47,073 nucleotides of DNA from Desulfurivibrio sp. GTDB taxonomy: Bacteria; Desulfobacterota; Desulfobulbia; Desulfobulbales; Desulfurivibrionaceae. Below the pieces are notes generated by a model. That model made no database searches. It was not told the origin of the DNA and saw only the letters and a program-made list of their open reading frames with translations. Below are positions 38,338-47,073 of this stretch, piece after piece. The stretch's first letter is position 1, and each line of letters starts with the position of its first letter. Location of the stretch: contig VMSS01000125.1 in the NCBI GenBank assembly GCA_013791995.1, forward strand, positions 1 to 47,073, given 5' to 3'. Both the position numbers and the translations under genes were made by a program.

Positions 38338-38805
38338 TCACAGCATAAGTCCGCCGGACCGCCGTCTATCCTTTACAAAGACCCGGTCCAGGGAAAGCAT
38401 GCCGCCACCGCGAAAAACAAGGGCCAGGGCAATCCCCAGCACCAGGATATGGTATTCATATCCCTCCCCCTGCTGCTGCCCGAACCAGTTCATAAAAAAC
38501 CCATGCTGCAAATGGTTCATCTTCAGACAGATGGCAATAGCCGTACCGATAGCCAGAGCCCAGACCCTGGTAAAAAGACCGAGCACCAACAACAACGAAC
38601 CGCCGAACTCGGAAACCATCAACAGAATAATGGCCCAATACGGAAAGCCCATGGCGGAAAAAGCCGTGACCGTAGCGCTATAGCCAGGCCCCCCGAACCA
38701 GCCGAGGACTTTCTGCGCGCCGTGGGGGAAAATCACCACCCCAAGAGCCAGACGAATCAAGAGTTGAGCAGGGCTGTTATCTGTCGCTATCAGGGCTTTG
38801 AACAT
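38338..38805 (-). CDS. DoxX-family membrane protein
   Basis: RLALGVVIFPHGAQK, EFGG and GEGYEYH...G.LSLD motifs. Confidence 0.9.
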   Translation of the reverse strand: MFKALIATDNSPAQLLIRLALGVVIFPHGAQKVLGWFGGPGYSATVTAFSAMGFPYWAIILLMVSEFGGSLLLVLGLFTRVWALAIGTAIAICLKMNHLQHGFFMNWFGQQQGEGYEYHILVLGIALALVFRGGGMLSLDRVFVKDRRRSGGLML

Positions 38806-39185
38806 CAGAAACCTCTCATGAAAATCAGTTACAAACCCAATACCCTGGCTGCCCTTGAAAGACAGCTCCCGCTCACAAATCCAGGCACCGGCACAATTTT
38901 TTAATATATCCGCTCCGGGACGAAATTTCCAGTTGAAAAGCAGGTGCCCGCTTCAACAAACACGGTTTTTTCTTACAATGGGCATGGCATTTTATTTTTT
39001 TTTCAGGTAATAAATAAGAGATTCTCTGAGCGCCCGAAAATACAACGGATGACACATCCCAATACCGCCGTGCCGCCCATTTCCGAGTCACACAATGTTT
39101 GCGCTTCCGGCCCGAATAAAGATACCAACAACCAATCGGTTATTTTGTGCCATATGATCACACAGTAAAACACGAGGAGAGAACA

Positions 39186-40100
39186 TTGAACGCCCAATTC
39201 CGTTATTTTTCCCTGGTCTTAGCCATATTTCTTTTTCTCGTCGCCGGATGCGGCACAAAAGAGGCCACAGTCGCCCCCGCAGGGGAAGGAACCAGAATCA
39301 CCGGGGCGGAATTGATCGACCTGCTCTCAGGCAATACCATTTCCATCCATGAATACGGCGACACCGCAATTATCGAAATGTATGACAATGGCAAGATGTA
39401 CGCCGTAAAAAGCAAAACCGAGAAAAATGATGGGAAATGGTCAACGGAAAATGACAAGCTCTGCCTTAAGTTCAAACGCTGGGGCTTTGGCGACGAGATC
39501 TGCTACGATGTGTTTCGCAAGGGAGAACAGTACAACCTGTATACCGAAAGCGGCATAAAATCGAGCTATTTCACCATCACACAAGGCGTCAAACGAGGGC
39601 AGACAGGAAAAAGTGCTGCAGGTTCCGAGAGACAACCAAACAAACGGGCCACAGCCACAGCCACAGCCTCCCCCGATGTGATGGTGGAAGAACAGGCCGC
39701 GCCGGTATCCACCCCCTCAATCCAGGAAACTTACCAGACGTCCACCCCGCAGGCAGCCAGCCGGGATCTGGGCATGATATACCGCGGGATGAGCCAGAAC
39801 TGCCCGGGCTGTAATCTGCAGGGCGCCAACCTGGCTGAAGCCAGCCTGATGCGGGCCAACCTGGCCGGGGCCAATCTGACAAACGCCAACCTCGTCAAGG
39901 CCAACCTCAAATGGGCCAATATGAAAGGCGCCAACCTGACGAGCGCGGATCTTTCCGGGGCCAATCTGGCCGGGGCTGACCTGGCCGGAGCCAATCTTGA
40001 GCGGGCCGACCTGACCGGGGCCAATCTCGAACAGACCAATCTCCGTGGCGCCACAATCAATGGCGCCATCGGTCTTGACCTGAAAAAAGCCATCCGCTGA
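39186..40100 (+). CDS. Lipoprotein with C-terminal pentapeptide repeats
   Basis: GAGGAG RBS before a TTG start, lipobox LVAGC, and CPGCNL followed by A(N/D)Lxx repeats. Confidence 0.85.
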   Translation: MNAQFRYFSLVLAIFLFLVAGCGTKEATVAPAGEGTRITGAELIDLLSGNTISIHEYGDTAIIEMYDNGKMYAVKSKTEKNDGKWSTENDKLCLKFKRWGFGDEICYDVFRKGEQYNLYTESGIKSSYFTITQGVKRGQTGKSAAGSERQPNKRATATATASPDVMVEEQAAPVSTPSIQETYQTSTPQAASRDLGMIYRGMSQNCPGCNLQGANLAEASLMRANLAGANLTNANLVKANLKWANMKGANLTSADLSGANLAGADLAGANLERADLTGANLEQTNLRGATINGAIGLDLKKAIR

Positions 40101-40198
40101 CGCCACCACCACCTTGCCTGAAGAGTTCCTCTTCGGGCAGTCGCAACGGAACAGTGGTGGTCGTGTATTCTTTCTGCCCAAGACAGCTGTCACCTTAG

Positions 40199-40228
40199 CC
40201 GGGCCTTCAATGAAACATGAAGGCCCGG
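40199..40228. terminator. Hairpin between convergent genes
   Basis: CCGGGCCTTCA-atgaaaca-TGAAGGCCCGG. Confidence 0.55.
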
Positions 40229-40260
40229 ACTGTACCTCTCCTGCCTCCACGCGTTCGTTC

Positions 40261-41919
40261 CTACCTGGAAGAAGTCTTCACCACCCCGGGCTTTCCCTCT
40301 TTACCCTTTGGATATGAGCCATTTTCAGGCTGCGGTCTGTGAGCTTCGCTCAGGATGTCCATCTGGGGATTGTAGAGCTCGGTTTGAATCTCCATGATTC
40401 CAAGGACGGTGTGGAACAAGTTGTCCTGAGAGTACTTGCGTCCAGCCTGTTGCCTGAGGATATTTCTGTCTATCTCAAATCCCGCGCCAAACCACATGAC
40501 GGCAGCGATATGCTTCTGGGTCTCCGGCGCCATCATATAGGGCATGCCATGCAGGTACACCCCGAATTCGCCCAAAGATTCACCATGGTCGCTCATGTAG
40601 ACCATGGCCGTTTCGAAACGTTTGTCGTTCTGCTTGAGCAGGCCGATGACCTTGCTCAAAAAGTAGTCGGTGTAGAGGATGGCGTTGTCGTATGCATTGC
40701 CTATTTCCTCCGGACTGCACTGGTCGAGCTGATTACTTTGGCAGGCCGGTGTAAAGCGCTCAAAAGCCTGGGGATATCGTTTGTAATAAGCCGGGCCATG
40801 ATTGCCCATCTGATGGAGGACGATCAGAATATCCCCGCTCTTCCGCGCATCAATATAATTCTGTAACCCAACCAGCATGCCCTCATCCCGGCCTTCCGCA
40901 TCAAAGATCGTATTCCTCGCCGGCCCCTGATAATCCTCATAGGGAACACGCAGGGCCACCCCTTTGGAGTCCGAATTGTTGTCCCGCCAGAGAACGTTTA
41001 CTCCGGCGCGCTGGGCGATATCAAGGACGTTTTCCCGCTCTTTGGCTTTTTTGCTGCTGAACCCGGCCCGGGTCAGGTTGGAAAACATGCATGGGACCGA
41101 GGTGGCAGTTGAGGTGTCGCAGGAATGCATATCCGGGTAAAAAATCACCTCCTCCTGACCGAGCAGCGGATTTGTTTCCCTCCCATACCCGTTCAAAGAA
41201 AAGCGATCAGCCCTGGCCGCCTCGCCCACCACCAGGATAATCAACTCCCGATCCGTGTCCGTATCCGGAATCTTGGCATCGGTGCCGATGGCCTGCACTG
41301 TCACAGCGGAGGTGGCAAGGTTCTTCTTCACATATTTATGCACCGAATAGATAGCGTAGGTTGGATTTGTATAATAGCGCAATTCCTGATGCTCCCGGAA
41401 GAAGGAGGCATAAAACCGACTGAAGAGAAACAGCGGGACCAGGATAAGAAGAAGGGAAATACCGATCATCTTGAACCGGGACAGAATCGCCTTGCGCAAG
41501 GGCGGACGCTCAAGCGGCACCAGACACACCAGCAGCGACGGCACGATGCCGAGAAAAAAGATATACAGAAACAATTTAAGGGAAAAGAGATCCGTGGCCT
41601 CCCGCACATTGGTCTGCAGGATGTTTTGGATCATGATGTAATCAATGACCACGCTGTAGTTGTTCATGAAATAGCTGGAAGCCGAGGCCGTCAGAAACAG
41701 AAGGACTATCAGCGGCTTGGTGGTGAAGCGCGAGGCGAGCAGGGACAGGAGCAAGGCGATAACCCCGGTCAGTCCTAGAGCTAGCGAGACGAGAAAAAAC
41801 AGATTGTTGCGCTCACCAAGCGGATAGACACCGATGACATTTTGAAAAAAGGCGAAATTATAAAACAAAACCAGGAAAATGGCCGAGGAAAAGATCAGTT
41901 TGTTGGTGCTCAGTTTCAT
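40261..41919 (-). CDS. eptA: Lipid A phosphoethanolamine transferase
   Basis: Five TM helices, VVGEAARAD, SCDTSTATSVPCMFS, LHQMGNHGP and SDHGESLGE. Confidence 0.92.
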   Translation of the reverse strand: MKLSTNKLIFSSAIFLVLFYNFAFFQNVIGVYPLGERNNLFFLVSLALGLTGVIALLLSLLASRFTTKPLIVLLFLTASASSYFMNNYSVVIDYIMIQNILQTNVREATDLFSLKLFLYIFFLGIVPSLLVCLVPLERPPLRKAILSRFKMIGISLLLILVPLFLFSRFYASFFREHQELRYYTNPTYAIYSVHKYVKKNLATSAVTVQAIGTDAKIPDTDTDRELIILVVGEAARADRFSLNGYGRETNPLLGQEEVIFYPDMHSCDTSTATSVPCMFSNLTRAGFSSKKAKERENVLDIAQRAGVNVLWRDNNSDSKGVALRVPYEDYQGPARNTIFDAEGRDEGMLVGLQNYIDARKSGDILIVLHQMGNHGPAYYKRYPQAFERFTPACQSNQLDQCSPEEIGNAYDNAILYTDYFLSKVIGLLKQNDKRFETAMVYMSDHGESLGEFGVYLHGMPYMMAPETQKHIAAVMWFGAGFEIDRNILRQQAGRKYSQDNLFHTVLGIMEIQTELYNPQMDILSEAHRPQPENGSYPKGKEGKPGVVKTSSR

Positions 41920-42379
41920 TACCGGGACTCCAAGGAGGGTTGGGCAGCAGACAGATTGGGACAATCAGGTGCGGCACGACTGGTGAAAAGGATATCACCT
42001 TTGAACCCACCACGCCATGATTTCTCCCGAGGCTCTACCTCCATCGTTGCGCAGACCAAAAGACGAAACTCTCCGGCAACCATCCTCTCTTTTGATGCCT
42101 GTTGGCACTTTGTTGTCAGAGGTAAAAAGACGCGGTGGACGGGCTTCTTCTGGAAGGAGAAACCGATATTCCAAACAGGTCGGCAGGATCCTGCCGATGG
42201 ACATGGGCCTCTCAGGAGAGCATTCCCCTGTACCCGGGGAGATGTTTCCGGTCAGCCACTATTTTGATGGGTATTCTTACTGCTGGAAATTCTTGAATGC
42301 TGCACGAAATGCTCTCGCCTGATCCCGGCTTTGCCTTTCTGACACAATGGCAACCCCTTAAAAGAACAGGAAAGCCCGC

Positions 42380-42637
42380 TCACTTGACCGGGCGAACAGC
42401 TCTGCCCATGGCCGGCCATTGCCGCGGGACCAGACAGAGGAAGGGATAGAGCAGCCAACGCATTCTGCCAAGCCGGGCAACGGTCACATCCCTGCACCGG
42501 CAGCAATCACAGGAGGCGGCAAGATCTTCCTCTTTACCCAGCCATTGATGCTGGTACAGCAAAAACACATGGGAATTGGCCTTGGCGCATTCTTCGCACA
42601 GCCACTGAACGGTTCCGTTTATCTGCCACTTCTGCAT
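42380..42637 (-). CDS. Small Cys-rich hypothetical protein
   Basis: AAGGA RBS; CEEC and CDCCRC motifs. Confidence 0.5.
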   Translation of the reverse strand: MQKWQINGTVQWLCEECAKANSHVFLLYQHQWLGKEEDLAASCDCCRCRDVTVARLGRMRWLLYPFLCLVPRQWPAMGRAVRPVK

Positions 42638-42884
42638 GGAAAATTCCTTCTTGATTCGTGATCGCTTGCTACCATTACCACAATCAGCTCCAACACCACA
42701 AGTATCGGTATCTTTTGTTTTTTTCTTTAATATTTCCTCTGCAACATACGACCTTTTCCTTCCGGCACAACAAACCGCAAAAGCTTCTTATTCTCTTTGC
42801 CTGACAAACCGATATGAATTGTAAGGGGGGCATGCTTCCAGCATCAACACCACACAGCCGCCGTGCGCGGCTAAAGGAGGGACC

Positions 42885-43307
42885 ATGCACGAAACAGACC
42901 GGCTCGGGCTCCTTGCGGAGCTTCCCAACGAATGCTGTGAATTAAACCATGGTCCCGGAACCCTTCGGAAAGACTTCCCTGCAACGGATTACCTTGTCAT
43001 GCCCTTTGGCTACCACGAAAATGATGTCATTGAGGTCTCGGTTCGCGAAATGGCTATTCCGGTTTGCCGGGAATGCACCACAGCCTTGTGCGGCACGGAG
43101 TGGACCCTTCTGTACTGTTTTGAGTGCTGCAGCTGCCAATGGGTAGCCAGGGCTTATGCCAAAAACCGGTATCGCCATCATATCCTCTGGCTGCGAGGCT
43201 GCCCGCATTGCGCGCAACAATTCGGCGGAGTGTATTTTAACGATTTATCAGCCCTGGTTGAATTGCCGGTCTTCCTGAGCCGCCAACCGGGGATCATGGC
43301 TGCCTGA
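42885..43307 (+). CDS. Cys-rich hypothetical protein (putative metal-binding)
   Basis: AAGGAGG RBS; CC, CREC, CFECCSC and CPHC motifs. Confidence 0.75.
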   Translation: MHETDRLGLLAELPNECCELNHGPGTLRKDFPATDYLVMPFGYHENDVIEVSVREMAIPVCRECTTALCGTEWTLLYCFECCSCQWVARAYAKNRYRHHILWLRGCPHCAQQFGGVYFNDLSALVELPVFLSRQPGIMAA

Positions 43308-43336
43308 AACTCAAGCGTGCACACGGAAGGGGGGGG

Positions 43337-44143
43337 TTAGCCATCCTTGTCCAAATAGGTCCGCGCCCCCACATAGCAGCCGTCAAAATAGCTGCTATGC
43401 AGCGAACTTTGCCGGATGGTGTCGCCCTTTTTGGGCGCATGGATGAAGCTGCCGTTTCCGGTGTAGATTCCCACATGGGACACTTCTGAATCTCCGTTGG
43501 TGGCGAAAAAAACCAGATCCCCCGGAGCGAGGTCTTCGCGGCGCACCGGAGTTCCCGCCTGGAACTGCGCCCTGGAGTTGCGTGGCAGATTGAGCCCGTT
43601 CAGCTTGTAGGTGGTCATGGTCAGCCCGCTGCAATCAAAACCAGTCTCCGCCGACTCTCCACCCCACTCATAGGGAATACCGATAAACCCCTCCGCAGTG
43701 TTCACCAGCATTTTCCGCAAGGGTCCACCCCGATAATGCCGGTACCGAGCCGCGGCAGAATCCTCCGGGGCAACCAGATAAAATGCGTCGATCACCCCAC
43801 CTTTTCGTAACTGCACGGCCCGGGCTTGTGCTTCTTTCCGCGAAGGGTAATCTCCGAACCGAACCTTGTACAAACCGCTGGCATGACGATAATAATAGGC
43901 GTCAAGCCCCAGGGCATCAAGTTTCTGCATGAGTCGGACCGCATTGTCCAATTTGGCAAAGGCCCCGACCTGGATGGTATGTCCCAGCATGGCCAGTTTT
44001 TTTTCCGATGCCGCCCGAGGCAGACCAGCGCCTCCCTGCTGGATTCCACCGCAGCCGGGAAGAATCCCCAGGATAACCACAATCAGAATCCATCGGGCTT
44101 GGGGAAAAAACTGCGCCGAAAATCCTTGGGCTGTCATGTTCAC
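43337..44143 (-). CDS. SPOR + NlpC/P60 lipoprotein peptidoglycan endopeptidase
   Basis: Lipobox LPGC, SPOR motifs IQVGAF...LYKVRFG, then FDCSG, HVGIY and FIHAP. Confidence 0.92.
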   Translation of the reverse strand: MNMTAQGFSAQFFPQARWILIVVILGILPGCGGIQQGGAGLPRAASEKKLAMLGHTIQVGAFAKLDNAVRLMQKLDALGLDAYYYRHASGLYKVRFGDYPSRKEAQARAVQLRKGGVIDAFYLVAPEDSAAARYRHYRGGPLRKMLVNTAEGFIGIPYEWGGESAETGFDCSGLTMTTYKLNGLNLPRNSRAQFQAGTPVRREDLAPGDLVFFATNGDSEVSHVGIYTGNGSFIHAPKKGDTIRQSSLHSSYFDGCYVGARTYLDKDG

Positions 44144-45147
44144 GATTTCACCTTCTCTTCTACCCTGCCGTAATCAGCCAACGCGGCGGCAAGTTCTTTT
44201 TGCACCAAACAGACCAGCTCCTTTGGCGCAAGAGCCTTTGCCCCACTCCCCCAGGAAAGTATCCAGCGCTCGACCTCATAGAGATGCCGGGCCGGAAACC
44301 CGAGCACCACGCTCCCATCTTTTTCGCGGACCGTGGTCTGTTTGGGATGCCACTCCCGCTCCAAAACATACGGAGCATGCTTGCCGGAAAACCAGACCTT
44401 CACCACAATCTCGCGCTCTCCGCTGAAGATTCCGAACTGCGACCCGGCATACTGCGCATGGTCAAAGTCAACGGGTACGGTAAACTTTTTTTCAAGAAGC
44501 AGGGCCGTTTCGATTCGAGACATGGCAAAGGTTACAATCGCGTTGCGCCGATGGCAATGACCAATGAGGTACCACTCCCCCTGATACCGCACCAGATGGC
44601 AAGGGTCAACCCGACGCTCAGTACTCTCCCGGGCGCCGGGTTTTCGGTAGGAAATAACCACCGTCTGATTCTTGCTTAACCCGGCCGACACAGCTTCCCA
44701 TATCTCCGGTTCCAGTCTGGTTTGCCGCTCGGGGATGACCGACAGTTTGTCTTCCACCCATTCCGGATGGATGGAGACTTTCTCGGGCAGGGAATCCTCA
44801 ATTTTCCGGAACACCTTTTGAAGCTTGCGGTATATGGGCGTGTCTTCATGCATCTGCAAGGCTTTTTCCGCAATGCAGATGGCAAACAGATCGCTCTCAT
44901 TCAGGGAAATGGCGGGCAGTGCGTAATTTTCTTCGGTGTAATAATAGCCACGATTCTTGGCATCGTAGGCAATGGGCGCATCACGCTGGTTCCGCAGATA
45001 ATCGATATCCCGCAGGATACTCTTGGCGCTCACCTCATATTCGGCACCCATGGAACTGCAGTTCGCCAAGATTCCGCTGCGCATCCCCTCGCGGATCTTT
45101 CGGTCTATGAAGAGCAGTCGTAAAAGCTGGGTTTTGTCTTTTGCCAT
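44140..45147 (-). CDS. HTH-WYL-WCX transcriptional regulator (DriD/PafBC-like)
   Basis: Winged HTH EVSAKSILRDIDYLR...RGYYY, WYL domain YQGEWYLIG...FAMSRI, WCX domain WILSWG...LAPKEL. Confidence 0.93.
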   Translation of the reverse strand: MAKDKTQLLRLLFIDRKIREGMRSGILANCSSMGAEYEVSAKSILRDIDYLRNQRDAPIAYDAKNRGYYYTEENYALPAISLNESDLFAICIAEKALQMHEDTPIYRKLQKVFRKIEDSLPEKVSIHPEWVEDKLSVIPERQTRLEPEIWEAVSAGLSKNQTVVISYRKPGARESTERRVDPCHLVRYQGEWYLIGHCHRRNAIVTFAMSRIETALLLEKKFTVPVDFDHAQYAGSQFGIFSGEREIVVKVWFSGKHAPYVLEREWHPKQTTVREKDGSVVLGFPARHLYEVERWILSWGSGAKALAPKELVCLVQKELAAALADYGRVEEKVKS

Positions 45148-45170
45148 ATCTTTATTTAAAAAAAGTTTAG

Positions 45171-45195
45171 AGGTAGGACACCATTTGTCCTACCT
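45171..45195. promoter_or_regulatory. Perfect inverted repeat; putative WYL-regulator operator
   Basis: AGGTAGGACA-ccatt-TGTCCTACCT, located in the 108-bp divergent gap. Confidence 0.8.
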
Positions 45196-45199
45196 GCCA

Positions 45200-45208
45200 T
45201 GATAGGCT
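45200..45208 (+). promoter_or_regulatory. Extended -10 element for the 71-aa ORF
   Basis: TG-A-TAGGCT fits TGnTANNNT; the palindrome occupies the -35 region. Confidence 0.6.
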
Positions 45209-45255
45209 CACACCAGAAGAAAACACAAGACAGCTTTTTCATCTGGAGGAAAACA

Positions 45256-45471
45256 ATGTTTTATAAAGACCATGGATTCAAAAATGGGTTTCTCTCGGCG
45301 CTCAACCGGTGTGTTACAACTTCTTTCTTCACTGCTGCAGATAAGGCTGGGCAAGACACGAAAAATTCACCCGTCTTCGAAATGGTCGCCAGGGTGCCGA
45401 GAAATCCTGCCCAGGAAAAGTATCTCTCCATCCCGACCTTTATCCGGCAGGGCAAAACCTTGGGGTTGTAA
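45256..45471 (+). CDS. 71-aa protein with an FtsZ C-terminal-peptide-like motif (candidate division inhibitor)
   Basis: Strong GGAGG RBS and ATG at 45256; C-terminus EKYLSIPTFIRQGKTLGL. Confidence 0.7.
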   Translation: MFYKDHGFKNGFLSALNRCVTTSFFTAADKAGQDTKNSPVFEMVARVPRNPAQEKYLSIPTFIRQGKTLGL

Positions 45472-45755
45472 AAAGTCCAAAACCGCGGTTGTCGCAACGG
45501 CATCGACCAAATCGCGGCGGTGCTGTGCATACTCTCATGACAGGAACCGCAGCCGTTGCAATGAGAAGCAGGCACACCGTTTCATCCGATGCCGCGCTGT
45601 CACCTGATCTCCCGGCCAAATACCGACCTTTCCCCACCGCGCTTTACCGACTTTCCCCCATATATTTGGCAAGCGCGCTCGGGTATAGTGTCACAGGACC
45701 GGCATCATCCACTCAGAGAGACGCTCCTTCCATGAAAAACAAAAGGAACCCCATC

Positions 45756-46103
45756 ATGGCCCATTGCCATCTCGCAAAACAGTGCGCCTTTTTCGTTGTA
45801 CGGGAAGAGGGAAGAGAAATGCGTGAGTACTTTACAGGACTCTATTGCTGCGGAAACTTCAGGGATTGCGCGCGCTACAGGGCAGCGCTGGATGTGGGAC
45901 AGGAAATGGTGCCAGACGACATGTTCCCGAACGAAGATGATTTTCTCAGCCTTTTCGCCTGGCCAGGAAACCGGCAAAAAACCCAGGTCAACAAGCGCTC
46001 CCGCACTGGCTATCCTGACAGGCAGCACGTTTCTCCGTCAGAAAAGAGTGCAGCAGCTTCCGGCCATCTTCCTCCAACCCGTCAAACTCGCAGCCGACGC
46101 TGA
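45756..46103 (+). CDS. Small Cys-motif hypothetical protein
   Basis: AAGGA RBS; CHLAKQCAFF...YCCGNFRDCARY...VPDDMFP pattern. Its tail overlaps the convergent PilZ gene. Confidence 0.65.
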   Translation: MAHCHLAKQCAFFVVREEGREMREYFTGLYCCGNFRDCARYRAALDVGQEMVPDDMFPNEDDFLSLFAWPGNRQKTQVNKRSRTGYPDRQHVSPSEKSAAASGHLPPTRQTRSRR

Positions 46104-46401
46104 TATTGCCTACCATCGGCAGATCCAGCACCCAGCGCACCGTAACCAAAAGGGTCTTGTCGCACAAAACATCCCCCCCTTTGCTGAGGCGAACAAGAAC
46201 AAGCTGCCGCCCAAGCTCCAGGGAATTCCAATCATCCCTTTTCAGGGTGAAATGCACTCCGCCCATGCTCAGATCCAGCACCAGAGCGGAAAAAGAAAAC
46301 TGCCCGAAATCAGGAAAAACGAAGACCCCGTAGATATTCTCTTCAGGCGAAAAATATACCCGCGCTTCTTTTCTTTTCTCGTGAAAATCGCCAGCCATCA
46401 T
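45988..46401 (-). CDS. PilZ-domain c-di-GMP receptor
   Basis: RKEAR (RxxxR) and DLSMGG (DxSxxG); GGGGAG RBS. Confidence 0.85.
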   Translation of the reverse strand: MMAGDFHEKRKEARVYFSPEENIYGVFVFPDFGQFSFSALVLDLSMGGVHFTLKRDDWNSLELGRQLVLVRLSKGGDVLCDKTLLVTVRWVLDLPMVGNISVGCEFDGLEEDGRKLLHSFLTEKRAACQDSQCGSAC

Positions 46402-46608
46402 CTCTCCCCTGGTTTTCCGAGGTAGGAACCACAGCCAAATCCAACCCATGGTTGCCAAATCATCCAATCTGCTCTTTTTTTTATATCTGGGGTTGTTTAT
46501 TTTGGCAAGCCCTACCTGTCATCCCTTAGTCTTAGGAATTGACAAATACCCCGCCCACGGCTATCAGTTAACAACAATCAGCCTGCAAACAACGAAGAGG
46601 AACTCCCC

Positions 46609-46875
46609 ATGCCCATCACCATTGAAACGCTCTCTCCCAAAAAACGCGAAGCCCTGCGCCTCGACGAATGGCCGATCTGGCAATGTGAGCCCTCGACCTT
46701 CCCCTGGCATTACGACGAGGAAGAATCCTGCTATATTCTGGAAGGTGAGATCACCGTTACCACCACGGACCAGACCGTGCAGATCTCCCCCGGCGATTAC
46801 GTGACCTTTCCCAAGGGTATGGATTGTCAGTGGCAGGTGCACAGCGCGGTTCGCAAGCATTACCTGTTCCGCTAA
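46609..46875 (+). CDS. Cupin, DUF861/EutQ-like
   Basis: WPIWQCEPSTFPWHY.EEE.CYILEG...GDYVTFPKG...VRKHY. Confidence 0.88.
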   Translation: MPITIETLSPKKREALRLDEWPIWQCEPSTFPWHYDEEESCYILEGEITVTTTDQTVQISPGDYVTFPKGMDCQWQVHSAVRKHYLFR

Positions 46876-46899
46876 AGCGGTCTCTTCCGGATTCCCCCT

Positions 46900-47073
46900 G
46901 TGACCGACCTTTCCGCCATCGCCTATCAGTTCGCCTTTCCCGGCGAGGTGCTCTCCGTAAACGAGTACGGCTCCGGCAATGTGAACGACACCTATCTGGT
47001 CCAGGTCACAGGCGGCCAAGGAGTGTCGGAATTCATCCTGCAACGCCTCAATCCTACAGTATTCCTAAAACCC
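46900..47073 (+). CDS. Aminoglycoside-phosphotransferase-like (NahK-type) kinase, 5' part only; absent from the ORF track
   Basis: GTG start; translates as MTDLSAIAYQFAFPGEVLSVNEYGSGNVNDTYLV...FILQRLNPTVFLKP and runs off the window. Confidence 0.75.
   Translation, partial: MTDLSAIAYQFAFPGEVLSVNEYGSGNVNDTYLVQVTGGQGVSEFILQRLNPTVFLKP

Noticed and set aside
44140-45147. WYL gene as a marker of an anti-phage defence island (BrxR/CapW type)
   Set aside because: There are no restriction, CBASS, BREX or toxin genes nearby, and the neighbours point to cell division instead.
45988-46103. 116-nt convergent overlap between the Cys-motif gene and the PilZ gene
   Set aside because: The plus-strand tail in the overlap looks low-complexity and lies beyond its motif region. 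Stop-codon drift is the simplest explanation.
46419-46518. Half-sites GAGGTAGGA and CCTACCTG resembling the WYL operator arms
   Set aside because: They are more than 80 nt apart and lack the inner GACA/TGTC core, so they are probably chance matches.

Overview
This is a gene-dense chromosomal segment, probably from a Desulfobacterota (deltaproteobacterial) organism, judged from gene content only. I saw no rRNA, tRNA, CRISPR array, integrase or transposase. The main blocks are: (i) a copper/heavy-metal cluster at 3.4-12.4 kb (Met/Gly-rich periplasmic proteins, CopA with YHS and three YTCPMHP domains, HD-GYP, an orphan histidine kinase, a multicopper oxidase); (ii) MarR plus ablAB for the osmolyte N-epsilon-acetyl-beta-lysine, divergent from a DUF1538-DUF1538-PII-CBS cluster; (iii) hrpB; (iv) a selenocysteine formate dehydrogenase operon followed by a DsbA-like selenoprotein, an atypical diheme peroxidase, a CMD protein and fdhD; (v) assorted housekeeping and envelope genes. 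The ORF track splits three genes at in-frame TGA codons that read as selenocysteine, each followed by a SECIS-like hairpin (4260, 21654, 26374). The best candidate for an undescribed system is at 43.3-45.5 kb. A WYL regulator coupled to a SPOR-NlpC/P60 lipoprotein gene faces, across a perfect DriD-box-like palindrome and an extended -10 promoter, a 71-aa ORF whose C-terminus (YLSIPTFIR) resembles the conserved FtsZ tail. This suggests an SOS-independent DNA-damage division checkpoint that uses an FtsZ-tail mimic. All family calls come from motif recognition by eye; no searches were run.
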